IMG/VR virus record: IMGVR_UViG_3300035703_000060
Span: 10,524-74,523 of that record
Direction: 5' to 3' (one strand)
DNA length: 64,000 nt
From: a virus
A program made the translations under genes and the position numbers. The notes beneath the pieces are model-generated. The model saw only the letters and a program-made list of their open reading frames with translations. It made no database searches and was not told the DNA's origin. How positions within the stretch are numbered: position 1 is the first letter of the stretch; every line of letters begins with the position of its first letter. Positions 1 through 12,300 of this stretch are shown here, piece by piece.

Positions 1-2
1 TA

Positions 3-3000
3 CAAGATTTTCCAAAAAGGGTTTCTATTGGAAGTTCTATTAAAATAGTTGGAGCAGAGTATGATCAATATTTTAAAATATTAAATTATTTTGACGATAT
101 TGATGTTTTGAGAGTTGTAAGAACTTCATCATCTGGTTTAAGTACCGCCAATTCTACGATATCATTTTTACCAGACATATTGAGAATAAAGGCAAAATCT
201 AGTAGTACGACACAATTAGAAAACTATTTAAGATATTTTAACCCAAATAATTCGATAGGTATTGGAACTTGGTCCGGAACTTTTACTAGTAAATCTTTTT
301 ATAATGGTTCAGAACTAGTAACTATTTCAATACCATCTCAGTCTATATATTTACCTGATCATGGTTTTAGAACGAATCAAAAAGTAATTTTAAAGAGACC
401 AAGTGGGACAACAGCAATTCAGGTTAGTAATGATGGAAATACTTCATTCCAGATTTTATCTGGAGGAGAAACAGAAAGAGAATTATACATAATTAACAAA
501 TCCAAAGATTATATTGGTATAGTTACATCAGTTAATTTAACAAACACTAATGGTTTATATTTTACTGGTGCAGTAGGTTCTAACAATTACCAGTATTCGT
601 TTGAATCAGTATTTGATGAAGTTTTATGTAATATTGTTGATGTTAAGAGTACTGTCTCTGTTTCTACAATTCATAATTTATCTTTAAATGATGTTGTAGA
701 TATCAATGTTAAACCTAACAAGAGTGTTGGTGTCGGTGGATCTTCATTTATCAATTTAAAATATATTGAAGATATAAAATCAATTACTACAAAATTATTA
801 TCATTTACTCCAACTGAAGTAAATTTATCAACTCATAAAATAAATTTGACTGATCACAATTTATCTACTGGTGATAAGGTTTATTATATTTCAACTTCTG
901 TAATTGGTGGATTAAGTACTGGAACATATTATGTACATAAAATAGATGCTAATAATATTCACTTATGCGAAACTTATATAGATTCTACTTCATTACCACC
1001 AAGTTTTATTAAGTTTACTTCAGTTGGAATTGGAACACAGCAATTCAATTTAGTTCAACCTAAAATAAATGTTATAAGAAATAATGATTTAGTTTTTAAT
1101 GTATCTGATTCATCTTTAGAAGGGTATCAATTTAAATTATACACAAATTCAGATTTAACAAAAGAGTTTGTTTCTATAGCGTCTACTGGTGTGTTTTCTC
1201 TAGTTGGATTTAACACTATAGGAATCAGTTCAGATGCTTCAATAACTTTAAAATATTCAAATAATTATCCCAAAAAACTGTACTATACTTTAGAAAAAAA
1301 TAATGAATTGGTAGAATTAAAAGACACTGTTATAAATTCATCTGAGATTAGTTTTATTGATAGTTTTTATTCTGGAAGATATAATATTTTTAATGTTACA
1401 AATACAACATTTGATATCAATCTGAAAGACGTTCCAGAAGAATCTTTTTACGATTTTATCGATTGTGATGTTTTAACTTATTCTACAAACTCTTTGTCTG
1501 CATCTGGAGAAGTAGATAAAGTAAAAATAATTAGTTCAGGTGTTAATTATAAAGATATTCCTAGTTACACATCATCTTCTTTAACAAATGGTAGAGGATT
1601 AAATATTATACCATCATCAAATAATATTGGAAAAATTAATGATATAACAATAAAAAATAGTGGATTTGAATATTCTAATGACAAAACGTTATCACCAAAA
1701 GCAGATATATCTAAAAATATAAAGATAACTAAATCTAGCACTTTAACTAGAGTAAATGTAATTGATGGTGGAAAAAAATATCCATCAGCACCAAATTTAG
1801 TTGTTGTTGATTCCGATACTGGTAAAAAAATAGATAGTGGTCTTCTCAGAGCATCTATGTCTGGAGGGGGACTTGGGAACTCTAACATAGAAAGAGTTGT
1901 AATTGAAATACCAGTAAACGGATTACCTTCCACTCCAGTAACTATAAAGGCAGTTGACAATTCAAACGGAATTATTATTGATAGAGTCGAATCATCAAGA
2001 TCGGGAATACTTACATGTTTAATAAAAACTCCTATTTTGGGATTTGTTGATGATCCATTTGAAATTAATGATGAAGTATTTGTTGAAAATATTGAAATAG
2101 TTCAAAATAGTGGAATAGGTTTTGATTCCGAAAATCATGGTTACCAATTCTTTAAAGTAATTGATTATACTTCTGGTTCTAATCCCGGAAGAATAGTAAT
2201 ACAAATACCACAACTATATGGTGATCCTGGCATAGCAGTAACATTCCAAATTAATAGTTTTGCATCAATAGTTAAAAAATTAAACTATCCAATTTTTAGT
2301 GTAGATCAAGATTATAGTTTATTTGAATTAGGTGAGCAGATAGCAGTTGTTTCAGATCCAGAAAATGTTATTGTTACAGATTTAATCGTTGAAAAATCCA
2401 GAGAAAATTATTTAAAACTCTCTGGAGATTATGAATTGATTATTGGTGATGTAATAAAAGGATTTTCTAGTGGTTACTTAGCTACTGTAGAAAACATATC
2501 GGTTTCTAATGGTATTTTTATGGTAGGTGCAGAAAATACTAAGTCTTTAGATTGGGATGATGAAACTGGAAAAACTAGTAACGATTCTCAGTTTTTAGCA
2601 GATAATGATTACTATCAAAATTTATCATACACAATAAAAAGTGAAAAAACTTGGGATGAAATATCCTCCATAGTTAATTCAATGGTACACCCAATTGGAA
2701 CTAAAAACTTTGCAGATACTCAAATCTCATCATCAACTTCAGGAATAGTTTCTACAGGATTAGTACCAAGTTCTCAATTAGATTCTATACAATCATTCAT
2801 TTCACAGTCTAGAACTGATATAATTAAGAATTTAGACTTTGTTAAAGATTATGATACAATTTCAAATGTATCAAAAATTATCAGATTTAAAAATATAAAA
2901 TTAACTGATTATGTTGAAGCAATATCAAATAGAGTTTTACAAATAGATGATATAAGTGAAGAGTTTTCTAGCACTGATGATAACGATCAACGATTAAATC

Positions 3001-6000
3001 AAATTATACTTGCACTTCCGAAAGATCAATCATATGGTAAGTTTTTAATTCAAATAAAGTCTACTAATCAAAATTTAGTAGAAAAAGGCATAAATCAAGT
3101 ACAATTTACAGAAATTATATCCTTAAAAAATAACAATGATGCATTTTTCTTAGAAAAAAACACAATAAGTAATCTGTATGGTATAGGTAGTGATTCAAAT
3201 GTATTTGGAACAAAAATTGCAGACATAACACCAGTTGTGGATGATGTTAAAAATTATTATTTCTTATTTACTCCAACTAATCCATATGATATTGATTATG
3301 AAATAAAAATACTTGGAAGTAGATTTTTAACCACTTTAGATTCAAATTCTTCCTTAACAGTAGGATCTTCGGACATATTTAACACCGTAAACGTAGTATC
3401 TCCACAAGAGTCCGAAGATATTTTATCATTAAATTCTTCAAAATATACTTCGTTTTATTCACAAATTCATGTGTTAAATAGAACTACTTTTGAGATGAAT
3501 TATGTTGAGGTTTACACAACTTATGATGGAAATAATGTTTATTATAGTGATTATTATTTTGATGGGACAGAAAAAAATGATTTTAGTTATGGATTTATAG
3601 GTTCTTTTGGACTATCTGTAAGTGGAGGATTAATAAAATTAAATTATTACAATGAAAATAATAATGATGATATAACATTAAGAGCAAAGACTATTTGCTT
3701 TAATAATTCATCTTCAGGAATAGGAACATATAGATTTAAATCTACAAGACAAGCAGATGGTAGTGAGAGAACTGTAATATTAGAATCCGGAACATCTACA
3801 GTTTCAACATCTTCTTCTATTTTTTCTTATGATAGTGAATTATTCTCTAGTATAAAATCTCTTGTTAAAGTCAGCATTGGAAATACAAGTTCAATACATC
3901 AATTAATGACTATACATGATGATAATAATTCTATTATCACAGAATATCCTATTTTGTTAGTTGGAAATAATTTGGGAATAGGAACTTTTAGTTCTTTTGT
4001 AGATGAAAATAAATTTGAAGTTATATTTACTCCTAATATTGAATTTAACGGTAAATCAATTAAGGTACAATATTACAATGAGGTATTTTATACATTTTTA
4101 GATGAAATTAATACTCCTCAACCACTTTCATTAACACCATTATATGAAAACTTAAATATTGCAAAATATTTTGGTTTAAATTCAAATAATATCAATAGAC
4201 TAAACTTTAAATTAAGATACAGAAATGTTCCAATATTTGCCAAAACATTTGATCCATTTGATGTAGAAGTTTTAAATCCATCTACTGGAGTCTTTACAAT
4301 AGATAATCATTTCTTTAGTACTGGTGAAAGGTTAATTTATAAACCAAAATCAACATTTATTGGTTTGGGACAAAGTGCGATGGGTATTCCATCTGGATCA
4401 GTTACAGATATCGGTATTTCTACAAATAGATTACCCTCTAGTGTTTATGCTATCAAACTATCAAATAATCAATTCCAAATAGCATTGACACAATCTAATG
4501 CAAATTCTGGAGTTGCAATTACATTTACTTATCTTGGTGAAGGTAATGCACATATGTTTGAAATGCATAAAAAGAATGAAAAGTCTTTAATTACAATTAA
4601 TAATCTGGCACAATATCCATTAACTTTTACTGGTATAGCACATTCTTTATTTGAAAACGGTGGTCAAATTGGTGCTGGAGTTACTTTCTTTACTTTAAGT
4701 GGTATTAGTTCTATTAAACCAACAGATTTATTAAAAATTGATGATGAATACATGAGTGTTGTCAATGTTGGTATTGGAACTAGTAGTTCTGGGCCTATAT
4801 TATTCTTTACAGGTAATAAAAATATTGTTGAAGTTGAGAGAGGATTTGTTGGTTCTTCAGCAACATCTCATTTAGATAATTCTAAAGTTCAAGTTTATAG
4901 AGGTTCTTATAATATTTCTGAAGATCAAATATATTTTACTCAACCACCTAGAGGAAATATATTTGATTTAGTCCAAAAAGATGAAAGAAATTTAGAAAGA
5001 TCTAGAGCAAGTTTTAGTGGAAGAGTGTTCTTAAGACAAGATTATTCTACAAATGTTATTTTTGATGATATTTCTTCACAATTTACTGGTATAGGTGAAA
5101 CTTTCTTACTAAAGTCTCAAGGAATAAACACTGTAGGTTTAGGAACAACATCGGGAAATGGAATATTATTCATCAATGGAATATATCAGACTCCATTCAC
5201 ACAAAATGTAACTGATTTTAATTTTAGAATAATTCAGAATCCATCTTCTGGTATTAGTAGTGTTGTATTTACTGGAATAAGAAATGATAATAATGAAATT
5301 ACAATTTCAGAATCTGATGTAAATCAAAATCAATTGCCAAGAGGTGGAATTATTGTATCTTTAGGATCAACAGCAGGTCTTGGATATGCACCATTAGTTG
5401 GAGCAAAAGTAAGAGCAATCTTGGGTGTCAATGGTTCTATTACTGGTGTAGTTGGGATAGCAACAACAGGAAGTCCAGTAGCATTTACTACAGTTTCATA
5501 TAATAATCAAACAGGGGTCTTAAATGTTTTTGCACCATCAACTTATAATCTTATTGGTGCAAATCAGGTAAAAATAGTTGGATTGGCATTTACATGTCCG
5601 TCAAATCCTGGCATTGTTTCTTATTTCCCAAGTCACAATGAATCTTTAAATATTATTGGAATTGGAACGACATCATTCTCTGTTCAAGTTGGTACAAGCA
5701 CATTACCACATTATTATGTTGGATATGGGACAATATACCCATGGTATGAAGAGTTAAATTTTGGATCAGGATATAGGGAACCAATTTCAGTAGCAGTGAC
5801 CGAATCTGGACATACTGGGAGTGCTGCAACAATAACTGCTACCGTTGGGGCAGGTGGCACTCTATCGTTTGTTGTAGGGGCAGGTGGAACGGGATACAGT
5901 AATCCAATAATTCAAATATCACCACCAAGTTATGAAAACTTACCAATTATTGGTGTTTCTCGACTTGGAATTGGTGAAACTACTGACACTGGAATTGGTA

Positions 6001-7742
6001 TGTTAATGAATGTTGAAGTAGGATCAGCAGTTGGTATTGATACTTTAGGTAATGTTGGGATTGGTTCCACTCTTTTCCAGGTATCTTCTTTTAAAATTAC
6101 AAGACCTGGATATAACTTTAAAAGAGGTGACATCTTTAGACCAGTTGGATTAGTAACTGCAAAAGGTCTAACAAAACCAATACAAGAATTTAGACTTACG
6201 GTACTAGAAACATACAACGATAATTTTGCTGCTTGGCAATTTGGAGAACTTAACTTGATAGATTCTATAAAAAGATTTCAGGATGGTTCTAGACTAAATT
6301 ATCCATTATATTATGATGGTGAACTTCTAAGTTTCCAAACAAACGTTGATAATCCAGATTCCCAATTTATAGATTTTGATTCTTTATTAGTTATTTTTGT
6401 GAATGGGATACTTCAAGAACCAAAAATTGCATATGAATTTAATGGTGGATCTGCAGTTAGATTTTTAACGGCACCAAAAGTTGATGATAATATTGAAATT
6501 TATTTTTATGTTGGAACAAGAGGAGTAGACTCTAAGCAAGTTAATGTAGAACCAATACTACAAGTTGGAGATACAGTTCAAATTTACAGTAATAATGGAA
6601 ACTTAGAAAATACGGTTACTCAAAATACAAGAATTGTTTTTGATTTAATTTCATCAGATTTGATGGAAACTAATCTTTATTCTGAGCAAGGAGTGGATGA
6701 ACAAAATGAAAAACCATTGTATTGGATTAAACAAAAAGAAGACCTTATTATTAATGATATTACATATTCAAAGGCAAGAGATTCTTTAGAACCACAAGTT
6801 TACCCAACTGGAAAAATTATAAAAGATTTTTCAACAACAGATAGTGCGATATTTGTCGATAATGCAAGTTTCTTTGACTATGAACAAGAACTACCAACAG
6901 AAAAAATTGACCTCTTAATTATTCCGTCAAATGAATCCATAGAGGTTGGTATCTTAACTGCTGTAGTTTCTGCATCTGGAACTATTCAATCATTGTCAAT
7001 AGTAAATGGTGGAATTGGTTATACTGGATCTGGTGTAGATGTAAAAATATCAAATCCATATTATGGAATTGGTGTTGGAGTTGGAACAACTGCAACGGCG
7101 TCTCTTACAATATCTGGCGGATCTATAACTAGCACATCTATAATTAATCCTGGATTTGGATATACTAATACAAATCCACCACAAGTTATAGTAGAATATC
7201 CCACAATTGAGTACGAAGAGTGTCTCGATGCAAATGTTGTTGATGGATTTGATGGAGTAATTACTGGTATTGGAACAACATCAGGAATAGGTGTTAATTT
7301 GGCTCTAAAATTTAAGTTATTTAAATCTGATGAAGTTTATTCTGATTTATCAGTTGGTTATCCAATTTATATTTTCAATACTAACGTTGGTACTGGATTG
7401 ACAACTATTGATCAAAATGAAAATGATATTGTTGGAGTATCGACATCAACCTTGGACAATATTTATTATGTACATGGAATTGATACCATTACTGGCATTA
7501 TTACGTGTAACATATCAAATAACACAAACATTGTTGGTATTGCAACTACTGGTACAGTAGCAAGTCCTGTAGGTAAATTCTCTTGGGGTAGAATAAGTGG
7601 ATTTAGTCGTTCATCCAATCCAGTTTCTATTGGTGTAAGTGGATATAAAGTAAATTCAGGGTTATCATCATATCCTACAGTTCAAAGAAGAGGTTATGGA
7701 CTAAGAAGTACTGGTGCTCTTAAAAAAGATTTAACAACATAA
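3..7742 (+). CDS. Large baseplate wedge initiator-like virion protein (gp7-like), 5'-truncated by the window edge
   Basis: Frame is open from nt 3, so the TTG at 108 is internal. More than 2500 aa, beta-rich, with repeated 'I.NGG.GY..P' units and 'FVNGILQEP' motifs. Directly upstream of gp8, as in cyanomyovirus gene order. Confidence 0.7.
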   Translation, partial: QDFPKRVSIGSSIKIVGAEYDQYFKILNYFDDIDVLRVVRTSSSGLSTANSTISFLPDILRIKAKSSSTTQLENYLRYFNPNNSIGIGTWSGTFTSKSFYNGSELVTISIPSQSIYLPDHGFRTNQKVILKRPSGTTAIQVSNDGNTSFQILSGGETERELYIINKSKDYIGIVTSVNLTNTNGLYFTGAVGSNNYQYSFESVFDEVLCNIVDVKSTVSVSTIHNLSLNDVVDINVKPNKSVGVGGSSFINLKYIEDIKSITTKLLSFTPTEVNLSTHKINLTDHNLSTGDKVYYISTSVIGGLSTGTYYVHKIDANNIHLCETYIDSTSLPPSFIKFTSVGIGTQQFNLVQPKINVIRNNDLVFNVSDSSLEGYQFKLYTNSDLTKEFVSIASTGVFSLVGFNTIGISSDASITLKYSNNYPKKLYYTLEKNNELVELKDTVINSSEISFIDSFYSGRYNIFNVTNTTFDINLKDVPEESFYDFIDCDVLTYSTNSLSASGEVDKVKIISSGVNYKDIPSYTSSSLTNGRGLNIIPSSNNIGKINDITIKNSGFEYSNDKTLSPKADISKNIKITKSSTLTRVNVIDGGKKYPSAPNLVVVDSDTGKKIDSGLLRASMSGGGLGNSNIERVVIEIPVNGLPSTPVTIKAVDNSNGIIIDRVESSRSGILTCLIKTPILGFVDDPFEINDEVFVENIEIVQNSGIGFDSENHGYQFFKVIDYTSGSNPGRIVIQIPQLYGDPGIAVTFQINSFASIVKKLNYPIFSVDQDYSLFELGEQIAVVSDPENVIVTDLIVEKSRENYLKLSGDYELIIGDVIKGFSSGYLATVENISVSNGIFMVGAENTKSLDWDDETGKTSNDSQFLADNDYYQNLSYTIKSEKTWDEISSIVNSMVHPIGTKNFADTQISSSTSGIVSTGLVPSSQLDSIQSFISQSRTDIIKNLDFVKDYDTISNVSKIIRFKNIKLTDYVEAISNRVLQIDDISEEFSSTDDNDQRLNQIILALPKDQSYGKFLIQIKSTNQNLVEKGINQVQFTEIISLKNNNDAFFLEKNTISNLYGIGSDSNVFGTKIADITPVVDDVKNYYFLFTPTNPYDIDYEIKILGSRFLTTLDSNSSLTVGSSDIFNTVNVVSPQESEDILSLNSSKYTSFYSQIHVLNRTTFEMNYVEVYTTYDGNNVYYSDYYFDGTEKNDFSYGFIGSFGLSVSGGLIKLNYYNENNNDDITLRAKTICFNNSSSGIGTYRFKSTRQADGSERTVILESGTSTVSTSSSIFSYDSELFSSIKSLVKVSIGNTSSIHQLMTIHDDNNSIITEYPILLVGNNLGIGTFSSFVDENKFEVIFTPNIEFNGKSIKVQYYNEVFYTFLDEINTPQPLSLTPLYENLNIAKYFGLNSNNINRLNFKLRYRNVPIFAKTFDPFDVEVLNPSTGVFTIDNHFFSTGERLIYKPKSTFIGLGQSAMGIPSGSVTDIGISTNRLPSSVYAIKLSNNQFQIALTQSNANSGVAITFTYLGEGNAHMFEMHKKNEKSLITINNLAQYPLTFTGIAHSLFENGGQIGAGVTFFTLSGISSIKPTDLLKIDDEYMSVVNVGIGTSSSGPILFFTGNKNIVEVERGFVGSSATSHLDNSKVQVYRGSYNISEDQIYFTQPPRGNIFDLVQKDERNLERSRASFSGRVFLRQDYSTNVIFDDISSQFTGIGETFLLKSQGINTVGLGTTSGNGILFINGIYQTPFTQNVTDFNFRIIQNPSSGISSVVFTGIRNDNNEITISESDVNQNQLPRGGIIVSLGSTAGLGYAPLVGAKVRAILGVNGSITGVVGIATTGSPVAFTTVSYNNQTGVLNVFAPSTYNLIGANQVKIVGLAFTCPSNPGIVSYFPSHNESLNIIGIGTTSFSVQVGTSTLPHYYVGYGTIYPWYEELNFGSGYREPISVAVTESGHTGSAATITATVGAGGTLSFVVGAGGTGYSNPIIQISPPSYENLPIIGVSRLGIGETTDTGIGMLMNVEVGSAVGIDTLGNVGIGSTLFQVSSFKITRPGYNFKRGDIFRPVGLVTAKGLTKPIQEFRLTVLETYNDNFAAWQFGELNLIDSIKRFQDGSRLNYPLYYDGELLSFQTNVDNPDSQFIDFDSLLVIFVNGILQEPKIAYEFNGGSAVRFLTAPKVDDNIEIYFYVGTRGVDSKQVNVEPILQVGDTVQIYSNNGNLENTVTQNTRIVFDLISSDLMETNLYSEQGVDEQNEKPLYWIKQKEDLIINDITYSKARDSLEPQVYPTGKIIKDFSTTDSAIFVDNASFFDYEQELPTEKIDLLIIPSNESIEVGILTAVVSASGTIQSLSIVNGGIGYTGSGVDVKISNPYYGIGVGVGTTATASLTISGGSITSTSIINPGFGYTNTNPPQVIVEYPTIEYEECLDANVVDGFDGVITGIGTTSGIGVNLALKFKLFKSDEVYSDLSVGYPIYIFNTNVGTGLTTIDQNENDIVGVSTSTLDNIYYVHGIDTITGIITCNISNNTNIVGIATTGTVASPVGKFSWGRISGFSRSSNPVSIGVSGYKVNSGLSSYPTVQRRGYGLRSTGALKKDLTT

Positions 7743-7750
7743 TATAAATA
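7743..7750 (+). promoter_or_regulatory. T4-type late promoter TATAAATA (gp8)
   Basis: Exact gp55 consensus about 20 nt upstream of the gp8 ATG. Confidence 0.8.
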
Positions 7751-7769
7751 ATAAAAAAAACGGGTTAAT

Positions 7770-9347
7770 ATGCCAGCCTTTGTTACAGACCAATTTAGAA
7801 TTTTAAATACAAATAATTTTATTAATTCTATAGATACTGCAACTGATAATTATTATGTTTTTGTTGGACTGCCAAATCCAGATCAAAATGGATTTGGTAG
7901 AAATGTAAGTTGGGATAGTCCAGATATTATTGGAGATCCAGTTTTACCAAACCCAACTGATAATTTTGATTACCTTCCACACTACGGTGACACTATTTTA
8001 TATGGAAAAAAAGTAACATCTCAAAATATTAGAAGATGTGTAAGGAAGATTGAATGGACACAAGGTGTAAAGTATGACATGTATCGACATGATTATAGTG
8101 TCACTAATCCTTCCGGAGTTACTAATAGGGCAAGATTATATGATTCAAATTATTATGTAATTAATAGTCAATATCAGGTATATATTTGTATATCTAATGG
8201 TTCAAGTGGAATTAACACAACTGGAAATCAATCTCAAGATGAACCATTATTTACTGATTTAGAACCATCGAGAGCAGGAAATAGTGGAGATGGATATATA
8301 TGGAAATATTTGTTTACTGTACCACCAACAGATATTATCAAATTTGATTCTACAGAATTTATACCAATACCAAACGATTGGGAGACTTCAACACTATCTC
8401 AAATAAAATCTGTCAGAGAAAATGGAGATTCTACTCTTAATAATAATCAAATTAAATTTGTATATATCGAAAATCAAGGAAGTAACTACACTACAGGTGA
8501 GGTAAATATTTTAGGTGATGGAACGGGTGCAAGAGTTTATGTTGAAGCAAATGAAGATGGGCAAATAATAAAAACCACAGTTACTGCTGGTGGGAGTGGA
8601 TATACATATGGAATTGTTGACCTTGGACCACTTCAAACTTTAGACACTATAGCATTTCCGGCAAAGTTAATACCAATAATTCCACCTTCAAGAGGTCATG
8701 GATATGATTTGTATCGTGAAATGGGTTCTGATAAGGTTTTAATTTACTCTAGATTTGATGATTCATCAAAAGACTTTCCCGTAGACACAAAGTTTGCACA
8801 AATAGGAATATTAAAAAATCCAACAAGATTTATATCTACAGAATCTTATACATCAGATAGATTTTCTGGATTAGCATCTTTGAAAGTCATAAGATCTGGT
8901 AACACTTTACCAACAATAGGTGAAAAAATAGAACAAACTCTGTCTGGTGGAGAAAAAGCAGTTGGTTATGTTGCTTCTTACGATAGAGACACTAATGTTT
9001 TAAAATATTTTAAAGATAGATCTCTTTATTATAATCAATCTTCATATGATCAAACAGATTATGTTGGTATTTCTTCTTCAGGAAATGCCTCATTAGATTT
9101 TAGCAATTCTGGAGGATCTATTAGCGGAGTTGAAAGTGGATTTTTATGTTCGATAGATTCATCATTTAATGCATCAACATTAACTGTTCAAAATAGAATA
9201 ATCAACCTAGATGTATCTTTCACATCAGGTATAGCAAATCCCGAAATAAATAAAACATCTGGAGATATTATCTACATTGATAATAGACCTTTAATACAGA
9301 GAAACTCTAGGCAAAAAGAAGACATCAAAATTATTCTAGAATTTTAA
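7770..9347 (+). CDS. gp8: Baseplate wedge subunit gp8
   Basis: Motifs 'YDMYRHDYS', 'YYVINSQYQVYICISNG', 'DGYIWKYLFT' and C-terminal 'GDIIYIDNR...QKEDIKIILEF'. Confidence 0.9.
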   Translation: MPAFVTDQFRILNTNNFINSIDTATDNYYVFVGLPNPDQNGFGRNVSWDSPDIIGDPVLPNPTDNFDYLPHYGDTILYGKKVTSQNIRRCVRKIEWTQGVKYDMYRHDYSVTNPSGVTNRARLYDSNYYVINSQYQVYICISNGSSGINTTGNQSQDEPLFTDLEPSRAGNSGDGYIWKYLFTVPPTDIIKFDSTEFIPIPNDWETSTLSQIKSVRENGDSTLNNNQIKFVYIENQGSNYTTGEVNILGDGTGARVYVEANEDGQIIKTTVTAGGSGYTYGIVDLGPLQTLDTIAFPAKLIPIIPPSRGHGYDLYREMGSDKVLIYSRFDDSSKDFPVDTKFAQIGILKNPTRFISTESYTSDRFSGLASLKVIRSGNTLPTIGEKIEQTLSGGEKAVGYVASYDRDTNVLKYFKDRSLYYNQSSYDQTDYVGISSSGNASLDFSNSGGSISGVESGFLCSIDSSFNASTLTVQNRIINLDVSFTSGIANPEINKTSGDIIYIDNRPLIQRNSRQKEDIKIILEF

Positions 9348-9349
9348 AA

Positions 9350-12300
9350 ATGGCACAAAAAACTAATCTTAATGTCAATCCATATTTTGATGATTTTGAT
9401 TCAACAAAGAATTTTTATAAAGTTCTTTTCAATCCAGCAAAACCAGTACAGTCTAGAGAGTTAAATACTATACAATCTATTCTTCAAAACCAAATAGAGT
9501 CTTTTGGAAGTCATATCTTCAAAGAAGGTTCTATGGTTATACCTGGTGGAGTATCCTATGATTCAGAATATTGTGCCGTAAAATTAAATTCTACTTCTTT
9601 TGGTATAGACATTTCATTGTATATTGAAAAATATGTCGGACAAATTATTAGGGGAGAAGTTTCTGGGATATCTGCAGTAATAAAAGAAGTAGTTTTTCCA
9701 AATAGTAGTGGTGTAGAAACTATAACTCTTTATGTAAAATACTTAGAGTCAAATAACAGTTTTAATCAGTCATTCTTTTTAGATGGTGAATCTTTATTAT
9801 CTACAGAAGCAATATCTTATGGAATTAATAATACAGTAATATCTGACGGAACTCCCTTTGCTTCATTAATATCTGAGAATGCAACAGCAACGGGATCTTC
9901 AGTTTCTATTGATAATGGTGTTTATTTTGTTAGAGGAACTTTTGTAAATGTAAATAAACATACATTAATTCTGGATTATTACAATAATATTTCTTCTTAT
10001 AGAATAGGTCTAAGAGTATCTGAAACCATCATAACAACAAAAGATGATGAGACACTTTTTGATAATGCAAAAGGTTTCACAAATTTTGCATCCCCAGGAG
10101 CAGACAGATTTAAAATAGATTTGTCTCTGACAAAAAAACCTTTAACAGATATTAATGACACAGATTTTATAGAATTATTAAGAGTTGAAAATGGTTTTCT
10201 TAAAAAGATCGAAAATAAAACAGATTATAATTTAATAAAAGATTACATTGCACAAAGAACTTATGATGAATCTGGAAATTATACAGTTACACCATTTACA
10301 ATTTCTGTAAACAATTCTTTAAACAATTTACTTGGAAATAATGGAATTTATTTTGATGGAGATTTAACAACTGCAGGAAATACTCCTTCTGATGATTTAA
10401 TGTGTGTAAGTGTAAGTCCGGGTAAGGCTTATGTAAAAGGTTATGATGTTGAAAAAACTAATACAACTATTTTAGATGTTGAAAAACCAAGAGATACACA
10501 AACAGTTACTGGTGCTTTAGTCCCATTTAAGATGGGAAATATTTTAAGAATTAACAATATCTATGGTGCGCCAACTAACAAATCAACAGTATATTTTTAT
10601 AGTAAAAGAAGAAATGGTGCTACTTCATCTCCAAATGGAGTCGAATTAGGATCTGCAAGAGTTTATCTATGTAAACTTACTGATGCAGCGTATGACGGTG
10701 CTAAAACCAAATGGGATTTGTATCTTTATGATATACAATTTTACACTCATTTAACTTTAAATAATTCTTTAACTGCAACTCAATTACCAGCAACATCTAT
10801 TATTAAAGGAAATAGTAGTGGTGCAACTGGTTATGTTGTATCTGCAGGTACTAGCGGAAATTTAGCAATTATAAGACAAACATCTGGTGTATTTTTACCT
10901 AATGAAAATATTACCATAAATGGTACAACACTGACATCTAGAACTATTTTAAATGTAAAATCTTACACTTCTTCTGACATTAAATCTGTTTATTCTTCAG
11001 GTAGTCCTGCATTTTTAGCAGATTCTGTTTTAGACTCATTTATTCCATCTGGATTTAGTGGACAAGATCAAATCACTATAGGATCAGATGGGGTAGTAAG
11101 AACTACAAATAAACCATTTAGTGGTATATCTACCGATACCATTGTAAAATATTCTAGACCAGGATTTAGTACAGAAACATACAATAGCGTTACTAGTGTT
11201 GCTTCAGATGGAACAACATTTACCTTATCTGGAATATCATCAGTAACAAATGTTAATGATGGTGGTGTTACAAGTTCCAGTCTACAATCTAGATTTTTAG
11301 TTGGAAACTCAGTATTAAGAGATCAAAGTTCTGGGTATCTATATTCAGTCTTACCAAACACTAATATTTCTAGTATAGATCTTAATAATTCTCAGTTAAC
11401 ATTTTCAGCACAATCTACATCCTCAAATGTAATATCTGGAGGATCTTTAACTTTATCAACTGGTGATTTTAATTTACCTGGAAATTCTGGATCAATAAAA
11501 TTTGATACTTTTGATGCAGAAAAATATTCCATACACTATAGTGATGGAACTACTGAAACAATAACAGATGATCAAGTAACTTTTAATGCAGAGTATACAC
11601 AAATTACTTTTAATGGAATTACAAATGGAAAAACAACATCAATCATAAATGGCACTTTCGTAAAAACTGGGATACAAAGTAAAACAAAAGTTCACAAAAA
11701 GAGTACAATACTTAATGTCGAATTATCAAAGTATGAGCAATCTGGATCAAATGCAAATTCTTCAGTTAATGATGGATTAACATTTAATAGATATTATGGA
11801 TTGAGAGTTCAAGATGAGGAAATATGTTTAAGATATCCTGATGTAATTAGAGTATTAGCAGTATATGAATCACTAGATTCGTCTTTACCAACTTTTGACA
11901 AATTAAACTTTTCTTCACTATATGGCATTTCAAGCAACTCTATAGTTGGTGAAAATATAGTTGGAAAGACAAGTAAAGCATTAGCAAGAATTGTAAAGAA
12001 AGACTCTTTATATCCAAACAGTGTAGAAATAGTATATTTAAATAATAATAAGTTTCAAGTTGATGAAGAAGTTACTTTTGAAGACTCTAACATAGTCGCT
12101 CCAATTTCTTCATTATCTTTTGGACGATTTAAAAATATCACAAATATTTTTAAATTAGATAAAGGTCAAAAAAATCAATATTATGATTATTCAAAACTAA
12201 TAAGAAATAATAATGAACCAGAACCTAGTAGGAAAATTACTATAGTATTAGATCATTATGACGTTTCTCCAACAGATTCTGGAGATTTGTACAGTATCTT

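Noticed and set aside
108-110. TTG start of the 2544-aa ORF
   Set aside because: The frame is open back to nt 3, so the gene begins upstream of the window.
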